A stretch of DNA of 64,000 nt from Octopus sinensis (taxonomy: Eukaryota): the NCBI RefSeq assembly GCF_006345805.1, contig NW_021836165.1, forward strand, positions 1 through 64,000, in the 5' to 3' direction. The position numbers were made by a program, and so were the translations under genes. A model generated the notes under the pieces. That model saw only the letters and a list, made by a program, of their open reading frames with translations, did not search any database and was not told the origin of the DNA. Shown here in pieces: positions 51,751 through 64,000 of the stretch. Within the stretch, counting starts at the first letter, position 1. Every line of letters starts with the position of its first letter.

Positions 51751-52567
51751 TGTATTTTGTCTGGTTGTATCAAATTAAACAAAAAATAAAAAATATTTCA
51801 ATCTAATTGATATCATTGATACAGGATGTACAAATATTGTATGTCTCCTGAAACATATTCTTTTCATATCGGCTTACCATTTGATTGGTTGTACTTGCAC
51901 TTTGGAGGAGCTTAAAAATAGTACTTAGAATATTATAATTCAATGTCAAACCCATCATTGAAATCATTTCATGAACATAGCCGTAAAATTAATATTTTAT
52001 CCAATTTTGTAAGTATACCAATTAGATACTGTAAATTATAATTTCTAGACTCTATTTTTACAATTATTTAATTTTTTTAAACTGATAAATTAACATTACA
52101 AAACCGATTTTAGTGTTGCGGTAAACAGAATAAACATAACTATAGGATTTTGGCATATAAATGTCCAAAGATGTCACAATCTTTTCAAATAACGAAAGAA
52201 AGTAGTTTCAGAAGACGTCCAATGCATTGCCCTTTTGTCCTGTCAAATCGAGTTTAATTATTTATTTACTTTTTCTGTTTTATTTAAGTTAACAACAAAA
52301 CTACACGTTTTTAACTTTCAATTTGTCTAAAATCAGTTTATTGAAATCAAAATACTAAATCAAAAGTTAAAATTTATAATTTTTAAAACTTAGAACAGTC
52401 GGACATCATGATAGTAACTATAAAAACATTCATATTAAAATTAGAAACTTATCCTGATCCAAGCCCTGGATCTTTAGCCTATGTTTACACCCAGCTCTAT
52501 ATAATCAATAAATCATAAAAGAAATATCCATATTAAAATAAAACCAAAATAAATTAGTGTAAATAAA

Positions 52568-55500
52568 TTAACGAAAGACTACTATTTGATTGAAAGAGTT
52601 TCCAACAATTTCACGGGCATTTGCATTAGGACAAATCACATCCACAGATGCTGTTTTTCATAATACGAAACCACAAGTCTTGCGTAGTACCACACATACC
52701 ATTGTCAAATTTCATCGATAAATGAAACACATTCCGCCCCAAATCGTCAAAATTTACAAACAAGCTAAAAAATATTCAACTTCTTCAACTCCGCTGACAA
52801 AATACCTACAAATCAACACGAATGTAAGCCTTGATCGGGAATGGAAGAGTGTGGGTAAATCGATACACGTTTTATAATCAGGCTGCACATTGTACCACCA
52901 CGAATTCTGATAGTTAGCCAAATTTCCACTCGGGCGAACAAAACTGCCCCGTGTACTACCGTCTGGATAACTCCTGGTTCAAATGACCACAAAACTATCT
53001 CAATGGTCCAAAATAGTACCTTTGGTAGATTAAAGTCGGAGATTTTGCCAAAAACATTGCTGAAAACTGATTGCTGTCTCAAAAGACACGTGATTGTTGT
53101 GAGTTTGATATAACTTGAGGTTGAAACGGTACAATTAGCCAAAACTGTCAAGGTGTCAATTTATACAGCTTCAAACCTATTTCTGAGACTGACACGGTTT
53201 TTAAAAACACACTGCTGTGCTGAACTTCCAAAATATCCACTTTGGCAATAATAGCTTCCCTCTACTCCAGAAACATCCATTCGTAGAGACCCTGAACTCA
53301 CTTACAACTCCAAGACTACAAATCAATCAATCAACTCAAAAACTAACATAATGGTCCTTTGAACTTGACTTTGTGCCTTTACTGACATGAACATTGAGTC
53401 GTCGTGACTGTAGGGAGGCGGATCAACCAACTCGTCCATGTTTGACCCAAACTCTCCCATTAAATTGAGAGAGGCGGCTCAATATGTGAACTCTGGGGTC
53501 GAAGTATTAAAAAACTAATATTAAAAAATCACATAATACCAAAGAATCATCCAAAATATATCAGGAGTCGATCTGATTTTTGTGTTGTGAGGAATTAAAA
53601 CTGTTCGTCAAATCCCAGTAAATCATTCAAAAGATTCCCAGATTGACCACTAACACGAACATTGGTTAAATCAGTTGTATTATCCTCACGTCTATAAAGG
53701 TTTATTATTCACTAACGTCTAGAAACAGTTGCCACGCTATTTTCCTGTCCATATGCAAGAGATGGAGGCTTGTGAGTAATAGAAGCCATGCTTCCAATGT
53801 GTTATCATTCACTGAGTAGCTTTGGGTCAAGTGAGTCAATTTTTTCACTATGGCTGGTTTGTACTCAAAATAATCTCCTTTGCTGCCTCAGGGTCACTCG
53901 ACAGGAGTCTCCAGTAAATAAATCCCCGATCTCTTAAATCAGGATTTAGACTGTCCTAATGACTGTAAATGAGAAATTGTACTTTTGTGCACAAATCCAA
54001 TATTTTCTCTACCAAATCCTGTCCTGACGGATTCTTGAGATAATATTTGACAACTGAAGTCAGTAGTTGTAGTTGCACCTGTTTTATTCTAGTTTATTAA
54101 ACAACCTGAATATCCTCGTCAGAGAATGTCTCGATAAATGAGTTTAGTAGTTCATCTGCATTTCTATTCGTCAGAATACTCTCCGACAATCCAAACCATC
54201 GCTGCTCTAAAGTAACCCTGATAACCCACCTTGACTCTGGTTCATCCAACAAATCAAATTCTCACAAAAATTTCCAATTTACTTTCATATTTTTCGGATA
54301 TTTTCTAAATATATCCTAAACTAGTTATATCCATCAACCGAATGACTACTATAGCCTCTTGGATGATATAATCGACTTTAGACTTTACAAGTTCCTGCAG
54401 AGTGAGGACACACTGTTCTGCCACATCGGGGATCTTTATGGCACAACAACCAATGGCACGGACCGACTTTCTTACAAAGTCAATGTCTACTCCTGTGGCG
54501 TACTGAACAGTCATAAAACTCACACAAACTCCTTCAATTCAGGCAGAACTCGCTTATGTTGTCAATGTTAGTCAGAGTGTTATAATCTCCAGTTTCTCTA
54601 ATTTTACATAAATCATGTCGTTGTATTGACAAGAAATTTGCGACTTCATTACACAACACGTTTGGCCTGAAATTTTTTAGGGTGGTTAACCTCTTTTGTA
54701 GGATTAGATTAATATTACGTACCCCACATATTGGATCTCTGAGGGGGCGGAAAGCATAGTTATGAGAGGATTTGACAGTTTTTTGTCACACGAGCTTAAA
54801 ATTCTTCATCAGTCAGTCGTTCCATCATCCTCATCATCACTTTAATTGTCGACAGAACAACTCCTGCATTCGATGAGACAACCTCTGAGAACACGTTCAC
54901 AAATTCTATATTAATTCCAATGTGGCTACGTTTTGGCCTCTTTTCTGGTGCTTGGTTGATAGGCAGCGATATAATCCAAAATAGTGATCTGTCCCCATTC
55001 TGTACACTCGTTGAGAGCATTCATCAACAGATTAAGTTCACTTTGGGATATTCTGCATTCTTTCCCAAGGAAATCTGCTGCATCTCAGACATGGTGGCCA
55101 CAGCATTAGCCACGACCTACACAATCAGATAACAGACCACCATAGAATTGGAATCTGTGAGGTAAGACTTTATATTTGAGAAGCCTTGGTCTTCTACTAG
55201 TTTAGGATTCAGTTGTAGAGTTTCCAATGCAAAGAACGCAGTTTTCCTTACATAGGGGTCACTGTCCTTTAGACATTTACGAAGTGGGTCACATAAATAT
55301 TCTGTCACACAATTCACATTCATACAAGCCATAGTTCTGATTGCAAGGGCACGAACGAGGGGAAATGGCTCGTTTGTGTCCTAACATGAGTGGTGGGATA
55401 TGACTTTGACAAATGAATTGACTGCCATTATAGCCATGTCGGGGTTTGAGTGGAATAGTTTAACAGATATATATAAACCAGTTTTTTTAATTCCAAATCA

Positions 55501-55767
55501 GAGGTTTGACTGACAATTCAGAACGTCAACAAACAAGGAACTAAATTACACACGTCAGTTATTTTGAAAAATGTTTTTATTCAAAATATGTCAGTATGTG
55601 ATATTTTTGTACCTTACATCTTTTCCTGTGGTCATGAAAAATATCACTTCTTTACAGCGTCTTTCTTTTAAAAGGTTTATCGCTGGTTAATTCTGATTTT
55701 ATTTCATTTAATTCGCCTATATTGTTAAATATATATTTTCAACTGTTTTTGCGTATGTTGAGGACAT
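52568..55767 (-). CDS. AP2B1/AP1B1: AP-1/AP-2 complex beta subunit (beta-adaptin), about 16 introns
   Basis: ATG at 55767, TAA at 52568-52570. Conserved blocks: [93 protein letters not shown]; C-terminal appendage present. Many 1-nt deletions must be corrected to keep frame. Confidence 0.95.
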
Positions 55768-56175
55768 TGGTTTTACACCAGGTTAACGAGAGATTAATTA
55801 GTTATTTATTTGATAATTTAAATATTGAATAACGTAAATCTTTATCAATATATTTAATAATTAAAAAAAAAGAAAAGAAATAATAATAATTAACCGGCGT
55901 CCTGGTATTCTCAGTCAAACATAACTTTTGGTTTAAACTTTCAAGCCTGTCATCTCCGGGGTTTGATTATTCCTAATTTTTTCAAAATTGATTCAAATAA
56001 TATTTTATTATAATTGAAAAAAATATTTTTTTTATTTGGAAAACCGAATTAAAAAATAAATAAAATTATATATCACTTTCATTGTAACCTGTATTGTACG
56101 TACTGTCCGCGTCTCTCTATTCAAAAAAATTTCAATTTTTTCCCACCCAAAATTTCAGAAATAAAATATTAACAA
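55768..56175. promoter_or_regulatory. putative bidirectional promoter between beta-adaptin and DOCK
   Basis: About 410 bp of AT-rich sequence between two divergent ATGs (55767 minus; candidate 56176 plus). The DOCK start is inferred. Confidence 0.4.
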
Positions 56176-59100
56176 ATGACAGACCGTAAAGTTTATAATA
56201 AAAAAGATTTACAAAAACAAGGTTTTTTGGATAAAACACAATTTTTTTACTTTTTATAGAAATCAAGAAAACACAGAATTTATAGCACTCGGTAGATCCT
56301 AAATTATTATAAATAAACAGGAACAAAAATAAACTCAAAAACATCAGAAAAACTTTTCAAATCCTCGGATTTCACTCCACATATAAAACAAACAAATAAC
56401 AAAGCGACAACACCTCAGGATTAAAGAACAAATCAAAAATCGACTTAGATTTAGGCTCAGATTCTTTTGGTGTTTTCAATTTTATTATTTTTAAGTCAAA
56501 CCCTTCCGACCTTATGAAGGAAGCCGAGGCGCCTCGTCCGAACACGCGAAAAAGATTGCAATTTGTGTGGAAAAGCAATTCTTTTCCGGTCAGATTTGAA
56601 TTTCTTTTTCCTCTGATTTTTATTGCAAAAAAAATATTCCGACATTTTCTTGGATGAAGAAATATGAATGTTTGTTTTTTAAATTCATTTTGATTTAGTT
56701 ACTTAAAGATTGATAAAAAGAGGCGGGAAAAATAGCGAATTGGAAACAATTTGTTCTCTAAATGTGATTTTCTGGAGTTTAATAACGTCCAGGAATGGCC
56801 TGTTTTTCTTATGGAGGTTTATTTTTTTATAATTATATTTTAGTATTTTCTAGACGATTTTTTATCTGATGATCGCTGGTGTGAGTTGAAACAATGTCAG
56901 GGACTGGTCTCTAATTAATTTCCTCATTCGAACCTATCCACCACACTTTTCAACTCCAAACCTCATAACCTATCGTCCCTGTATTGTTTAGTAAAACCAA
57001 TTTCCTAGTATCTATCCAAAAAGTACCCTCATTTCATCATTTAATATTTTCCTGAATCTATGGTCCCTTTGACAGATATTTAACCACACGGAAACAAGTC
57101 GGGGACTTGTAGTCAGTGCCCTAAGCAGAAATACAAGAGAGACTACCCAGCTATGGTAAAATTGGTTGGACTGACGGCTTGTCATGATTCTGTCAAACAC
57201 TTTTTGTCAGTTTGTTTGGAGCAATGGATTCAGTCCACAAAGGCATTGACAGTTTTGTTTACTTCTAGCTTGTCCTTTAATATTTGAGGCATTTGATGCG
57301 TGTTGTATGGCAAAGTGGGAGAATGTCGATTGTGATTATTTCCGCGAGTTTATTAAAAATGTCATAAAAATTCGTTTCAAAGCAAATCAGCTGACGTTGG
57401 TTGAATCGTCTTTTAAGTTATTTTTTGTATTAAAAATATTTTAGAAAATTATTGGCCGTAAATGGGATTATTTTGGCCAAATGACGAATTTTATTATTAA
57501 ATGTGAGGCCAAATCGTTCAGAACTTGCGGAGGGCATTTGATTGGTCACTGTTTGTTTGTGAATAGAGAGAAATATCAACTGATGTATATCTTTGTAATT
57601 TACGATTTTAGTGTCTTGTTGATTTTTTTGTGAATTATTGTTCGATAACTCTCAAATTGCTCTTATCAATTTGATTCGAGATTTCCTCAAGCTGCCGCTT
57701 TTCAGTGATAACTTTACTTGCTTTATTCAAAATTGTGCTCAGATCGAATGGTCCTGGTTGCATATCGACTTTCTCTTATCATTCATTTGAGGAATACTGC
57801 GACATGATGTTGAATAGGGTGCTGTGCGATGAATGATTTAGCTCATCCACAAAACCTTAAAAGTATTGACTTTTTAATTATTTTTATTAAATGATTAAAT
57901 AATATTTTCAGGATAGGGGAATACATTAATACAGTCCGTCAAAGTGTCCTCGAGTGGCTAAAAAATATTTTCTGTCCATCCTGAATGTGTTAAATCACGT
58001 TTTGAGACATGGTTGTATTTTAGCTTAATTTAAAGGATTAAGCGAATTTCTGCTATGAAGAAATTTGTCGTTACAACTTTTTACGGACAATTTAAATATA
58101 GATTCAAATGTTATTTATTGATTTACTTAACTATTTTAGGTCGATTGGAAATTTGTTTAGTTCCTCGAATTTGTTTAGAAAATTATTGCTAATTGCCAAT
58201 AATCCAGTCAAATTGATTAGTCCCAACGTTGTCCAGGATATTATATATATTGGCTTATTTTGCTGAGACTAGCGGTTTAAGTAGTTTAAGTGATTAAATA
58301 TTTTATTAGATCAAACCAAGACTTACTTAATGTTGAATATGTACTGGAACTTGTTTTTGACCTTTCATTATATAATCCTCCAATGTAGAATGTTTATTGT
58401 AATATATAAGGGAGACTATCCAAGACCTGGAGCGTAGATTGCTGTCTCTGATCTGTATTGGAGTAGTTGGATGATTGCAATGATTTTGGTAATTTTCTAT
58501 GCTAAGGATCCGGCCAAATTGGTCGCAAAGTTCCCCACATTGAGTTCTCTAGTCGAGTGGTCATATCAGAGTTTTGAATTCCTAAAATTAATATTTTAGT
58601 GATTCCTTGGCAATATTTCCTCTCGAATCTCAGGTTTTATTATTTCAAAATTATTTCTCAGATTCGAGAGCAGGAAATTGTGGATATACTGAATTTAGAG
58701 AACAAACTTGCAGGAGAGACAATTAACGACAAAAACAGCCACCTCAAAGATTATTTAACTTATTTCAATGTCTAGTATCCAAGCCTATAAAATGATATTT
58801 TAGTGGACCAGCGACTACCTTCGTTTGAAATTTCGTGCTTTGCTTGATAAAGTTAGAAAGTTGTTAAAACTCGATCATTATATAATCGAAATGAACACCA
58901 TTCGTTATTGTTGAGATCATTAAATAAAACAGAAGTAAACAGAAAGTAATTTAACAAATTATTTTAGAATCTATCCCGATGTAATGCAATGGTAGACAGT
59001 GCCATCAAAATTGATTGTGAGATCACACAAATCCTGGATTGTTCATTTCTCATATCATATCTCGTTTTCAAAGTAAGTAACACGTGACTGCAAGGATTTT

Positions 59101-62100
59101 GTATTTTTGTATAAAATGAATTAGAGTCTCCCTCAGTGTTATTGCCATTGCTCGTGAATTTAAATGCTCGATGCTGCTGTGATTCGTCGTCGGTCATTCA
59201 CCATCTTTTTGAATTGTTTACTTTTTGAGTCTCCCGACGAAAGTGATAGATTTCATTCGATTTTGGTATTTTGGCCATATTTGACTTGAGGTACTCGATT
59301 TGATATTTGCTGGTGACGTGACGGCAGAACACGGAAGTTTTATTTCACAGCTCGAACTGAAATCGTTTTTCGTGGAATGTAAACAATGATGTGCGATACA
59401 TATTTAAGGTTGATAAAATTCACTAAATAAAAATATTAGGCAATTTATTCTGAAACGAATAAACAATGCTAATGAAATATTTGTTCTTTTTGTCGAATCA
59501 TATATCCATCGTTGGGACTGAAATAAATGTTTTGTACATTTCATTATTTTAGTCCCTTACTGATTGGATTATCTCCCATTATATTGTTTTTGATCAACCC
59601 GTCATCATTTAACCAATGAAGTAATCCTCAGTCTAGAGAAGGTATATCTCGGGGCGTACCAAGTCATCAAAAACAATGTTAGTTTATTTTCATTTGTAAT
59701 TAATTTTCATATGCTGTTATTTTAGAGAGAGAATGGAAATTCCGATTTTCTAGCTGTTTTTGTTTTTTTGGCTTGTTTTTTAAAGAATTCTGATGGAGAA
59801 TTAAGTGATTGTTTACAAGATTAGTTTCTGAACTAATTTTTCCCAGTGGTTGGGTATAAAAGTCTTTTTTTCTCACTTAAAAATACTTTATTTTACAGGT
59901 TTTAATAGTTTTTAATTTAATTATTTAATAGTACTTAAATCAATGGATGATGAGACGTGCCTAAGACTTCTTTGTTGCAATTTACTCCCAGATTATAAAA
60001 TTGAATTTGTACTAAAAAATTGGAGAAAGATCGTCATATAGAAGTACATAACGTTCCAATAATATCACAAATTGTACAAAATTGGCAAAATAGAAATAAT
60101 TCTAAGCTTGGAAGTCAATTATTAACATTTCTACATTCAAAAATAGTTGTTTATCGAGTAATACTTATCAAGTTAGTATTATAGCTAATAAAGACGACAC
60201 CCACATGGAAATAGAGTCACATAATGAAAACAAATTAATTTCTGTATTTTATATCAAAATATTATTTTTTCAGATAATAAATAATTCGTTTAATGATCAT
60301 TCAAAGTCAGATTTTATTAGTGTATTACTGTATTTTTGATTATGATTAATTTTAGGACGAGTCGAGAGGGGCTTATGTGCTTAAGGATATATTGGAGGTT
60401 TACCACCTTATTAAAAAATCTATTTAGGCGGTTAATGAACTTGGAATAAAATTATTTGAATTTATCGAGAACCTTGATAACATTGCTGGCATTAAGTGTC
60501 AACATTGTGTGTAGATGTACTATTAATTATATTGTAAGTATTATTGAGTCGTTTACTAATTAATAGTATGAAGAATATTGGGCGGAATTGGTTCCGAGTT
60601 GCTTATGAATTCCGAAACCAATTCGAATTTGTCATTAAAAATAAGAACTAAGCTAATCAAGTATCGACTTGACCCTGAATCTTTCTTTCTAACGGAGAAA
60701 TATTTGTGGTTTGTTGATTAAATATAATATTATTGACGACGACGAAGTGGTTGATGTACAGCTTTGTAAAATGGAATGCGAGGAGAAACGTAAATTCATT
60801 GAGTTTAGAGAGGATATGGAACGAGGGTATTCCTTTAGAAGAGCAGAAATGTGAAATTCAACAACTTCTATCAACAGAGAAAGAAATTGGAGGATTTGAT
60901 TGAATTCGCAGCCAAAATTGTTTTCCGTCAAAAAGAATTATCACATAAATATTTAATCGGTTTTATACAAACAAATATTGAACGAGCACAGGTTTTTGTG
61001 TAATGTTATATTACTAAGAGTGCTAAAATTGAGTGGAGTTTGTGTAAACGAATTCGTCTCGACTATTTGTTGTGGCATTTTATTCGTGCATGTGAGGAAG
61101 CTTGTAGTCCTGATTTATATAACGCACATTCACGTTATTATATAGCATTGCAGAATATGATGTGGAGTCACTCAAACTTTGTATATCACAAACTGATAAG
61201 TATGTTTAATACGTAATAACTTAGTCCGGGTATCAAAACAGTCTTTATTCTCTTGCATATATTCGAGCACCTTCTAAATTCCCGCCAAAGTGTATTCTCA
61301 GTCAAATATAAAAGTTTTTTGATTGTTGTTTTCTAGACTGCTGATTTGTTTATTCGAAGGCTTTTAGTTTTGCTTTCCAAACCCGAGACTGGACTAAGAG
61401 CCAAAAATCGAATGCAAAAAGCTTCTCTTTTTGTGCAGAAAAATAATCAAATCTTACCCTCAGTTGTTCTTAAGGTGAGATTTGTGTTCTATTCGTAAAG
61501 ATACTTGCCTTTGCTGGGCTCTTGATTGTGGGGCGGCGGGGTAATTTTACATTCAACGAACTCACATCAAAGCATATTATCATTTTTTTGCACATGTCGT
61601 TGGCTTATTGGACTATTCATTGACATTACCTTTGAATATTAACCCAGAGGCAGTCTGCCGGATATTCGATGCTTTTATTATGCTAATTAAAGTATGTTTT
61701 AATTTATATGAATATTTATTAACATTTTTTAATGTGTAGAAAGAAAAATGCAAATATTATTTTATTATAATAAAAAATATGTTTAGACTCAATTGGAGAC
61801 TAAAAATCCACAAGGAATAAACGGAATCAAATCAATCGTAGTTAAATTGTTTATTTGATAAAGCGACTGCTCTACATGCATCCTCGTGAGACATTACGAC
61901 TGCAAAGTTGGCTCTTCCATGCCTCAAGTTGATGTGCTATAAAGTAATTAAATTTAGAGAATATATTAACTCTATTTGTCATCCGGGGAGTCTTCTTTCT
62001 GAAGTGAATGCTCTTGAAGTGGCTATATCCATTGATACACGTGGTTCAAAATTTGAATATTTTTCTCGCCGGCTGACATTAAAGAAAGACTTGATTCCTA

Positions 62101-64000
62101 AATTTAGTTTTGATTTAAGGAAGGAAATCATATAGAGGTATATTTAAACTACTATTTTTTAGATTTTTTTAGCAGTTTGCAAGAATTAGAATATATTTCC
62201 AAAACGTAGGGTTGACGTCCTTTCCGATTTGCAGGTTTTTGTTTTTGGAAAATAATTTAGCCTGAATTGGTGGAATTTGGTAGAAATTCTACAAAACAAG
62301 TTCAAAAATTAAGTTCTCGGTTACTTTCTCGTCAGTTGATGACAAATCCGAGTGAAAGACTTGGAAGAGAGTACATAGGTCAACGACTTGATCAAATGGT
62401 CAATGAAAGTGCTAGTTTTGCTGAGATAATGGTGTTTGTGGAGGTTTTTTTGGTTCTTTCATAAATTGATAGAGTCGAGTCCAGAATTTGTTACTGCTTT
62501 ATGTGATTTGGCCATAAGACGGAGTCGGACTATTTCTTTGGGGGACACTATAAGGACGTGTGGGCTCAAATTTAATTGACAATGTGTTTTATTACCAATA
62601 TAATTGAATTTTTACTTTTACAATTTTAATTTTGTTTTAACAAAATGTATATTATTGAAGTATTATACTCGGTCAATTGTTTCATTCTTTAAATGTATAG
62701 CCAGGGGTGTGTTAAACTCATTTCTTCCGCGGGCCGGAATAAAAAAATTTAGGCTCCGCGGGCCAGACTATTTATTTTTGATTTAACAAAATTCGTACTA
62801 CGATTTATAATTTTAATTTAAAATCATTTAACAACACATTTATTAATTTTTATAATTAAAATATGTTCCAGAAACTTGACATTTTTTTTATCTTTGACAT
62901 CTTTGACATCCGTATCTTTGACACCCCCGGTATATGCCATTTCTTTATACAACTACTACATTGGACTTATCAATATTGAGATTGTAGTGATCGTAAAATA
63001 CGACAAGTTTTAAAGACTTTCGAAGTAGATCTCAAACGTGCAAATAAAAAGAGGTTATGTCTAAACCGAAAGTCTTTGAAAGGGGGATTTGCCTCGGTTT
63101 TTTTAAGAGTGAACTCATGCTCCTCCAGTTCCTGAAAAGTTCCTGACAGTCGTCAGTATTGGTTTAAAGTTGCGTTTCTTCTGTATCAAAGATGCTAAAC
63201 TTGAGTTAAAATTTTTTGAAGTAGTGTATTTGTCTATTTAAATTAGGCTCAGCACAATCTTAATCACTTTGGACCTGACGAATTGTACAGTTTATTAACA
63301 CTCACTATTTATGGTGCTAGACGTACTGTTTTGACTTTTGTGGTATCTAAATATGTTTATTTTCATGTAAATTACTAGTTTTATTAATTTTAGTCAAAAC
63401 AATTTCTTGAAAATAAACAGTAATAATGTCTATTATCATCCACAAGTGCATCAAAACAGGGCTTTTAACTTTTTTAGGGGTTTTCAACTTTTTTACTCGT
63501 AATTTTGTTTGACCTCCGAAATATTTATTAAAACCCCTTAAAACATTTTTATATAGAACAGACTATCCAAAATGAAATAGAATTCTACTAACTATTTAAA
63601 ATAAATTCACTGCTAACATTCAAATCTACAATAAAAACAATTAAATACTAATATGACCCATGACTGATGTTTTTGCACAGCAATTTGATATTTGACTTAT
63701 TTGTGTTATTTTTAAACAAATATCTCATCAATGGACACATTTTTCATTCTTTATTTACAATTCGATGTAGAATGCTAATCACATTCAACAAAGTATGATG
63801 TCGGAAAATAGAGCAGAAATTGTGCTTTTTGTTTCACAATTGTGAATAAGTCTTTTTCAATTCATATTTTGCCAAAAAAATAACCGACGTTTATGATCAT
63901 TATAGTATAGTTTAATTCTGCATTGAATTTTAACAGAATTAATTTTTCTTGAATATTTCTTTTTTTCTCCAGGATTTGATAGCAAAAGAATTAATCATTC
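56176..64000 (+). CDS. DOCK-family Rho GEF (DOCK-C/D, DOCK6-11/zizimin-like), multi-exon, continues beyond the window
   Basis: DHR-1-like VPSKLIVRSH..IVHFSYHISF (~58990-59070); IALQNMMWSHS (~61141); YLPLLGLLI (~61503-61530); LVEFGRNSTKQVQKLSSRLL (~62265); DHR-2 start ELMLLQFLKS..PDSRQYWF (~63110-63170). Numerous 26-38 nt introns. Start codon inferred. Confidence 0.7.
62702..62929. mobile_element. hAT (Charlie-like) MITE, 228 bp, in a DOCK intron
   Basis: Ends CAGGGGTGTGTTAAACTC and TTTGACACCCCCG; subterminal GCGGGCC twice; flanks TGTATAGC and GTATATGC are one indel from an 8-bp TSD. Confidence 0.75.

Noticed and set aside
54796-54798. In-frame TAA in beta-adaptin suggesting stop-codon reassignment (TAA = Gln)
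   Set aside because: Conserved Gln positions in the same gene use CAA/CAG and the gene ends in TAA. TTTTAA is readily a miscalled TTT AAA (Phe-Lys) at a homopolymer boundary.
52568-55767. Beta-adaptin as a decayed pseudogene
   Set aside because: Lesions are almost all 1-nt deletions in runs; conserved residues and splice sites are intact, and the neighbouring genes show the same pattern.
1-64000. Most remaining 60-120 aa ORFs in the track
   Set aside because: Antisense or alternative-frame shadows of TE and host coding sequence, or chance ORFs in AT-rich DNA.

Overview
AT-rich eukaryotic nuclear DNA; I recognised no prokaryotic operons, rRNA, tRNA or CRISPR. Positions ~1-41 kb are mostly nested transposon debris: at least 11 CRE-clade non-LTR fragments, four R4/Dong-like fragments, RTE elements (two reduced to 5'+3' mini-elements), Jockey/I-group and Ingi/Vingi-like LINEs, two Ginger-type integrases, and hAT and pogo remnants. 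A nearly intact 6.3-kb Helitron (24225-30531) has exact ends, an empty-site paralogue in the same window, an internal hairpin-bearing tandem array and a duplicated 3' end. Positions ~41-64 kb hold host genes: a CCDC162-like coiled-coil gene, an ankyrin-repeat gene, beta-adaptin (52568-55767, minus) and a divergent DOCK-C/D GEF that runs off the window. These genes have 23-32 nt micro-introns; in beta-adaptin they fall at the positions I recall for animal AP1B1/AP2B1, suggesting a compact, possibly parasitic metazoan (inference; taxon not determinable here). Host genes carry many 1-nt deletions, mostly in homopolymer runs. These are most likely long-read consensus errors, so the ORF track is fragmented and many coordinates are approximate. 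All family assignments come from manual translation and remembered motifs; no searches were run.
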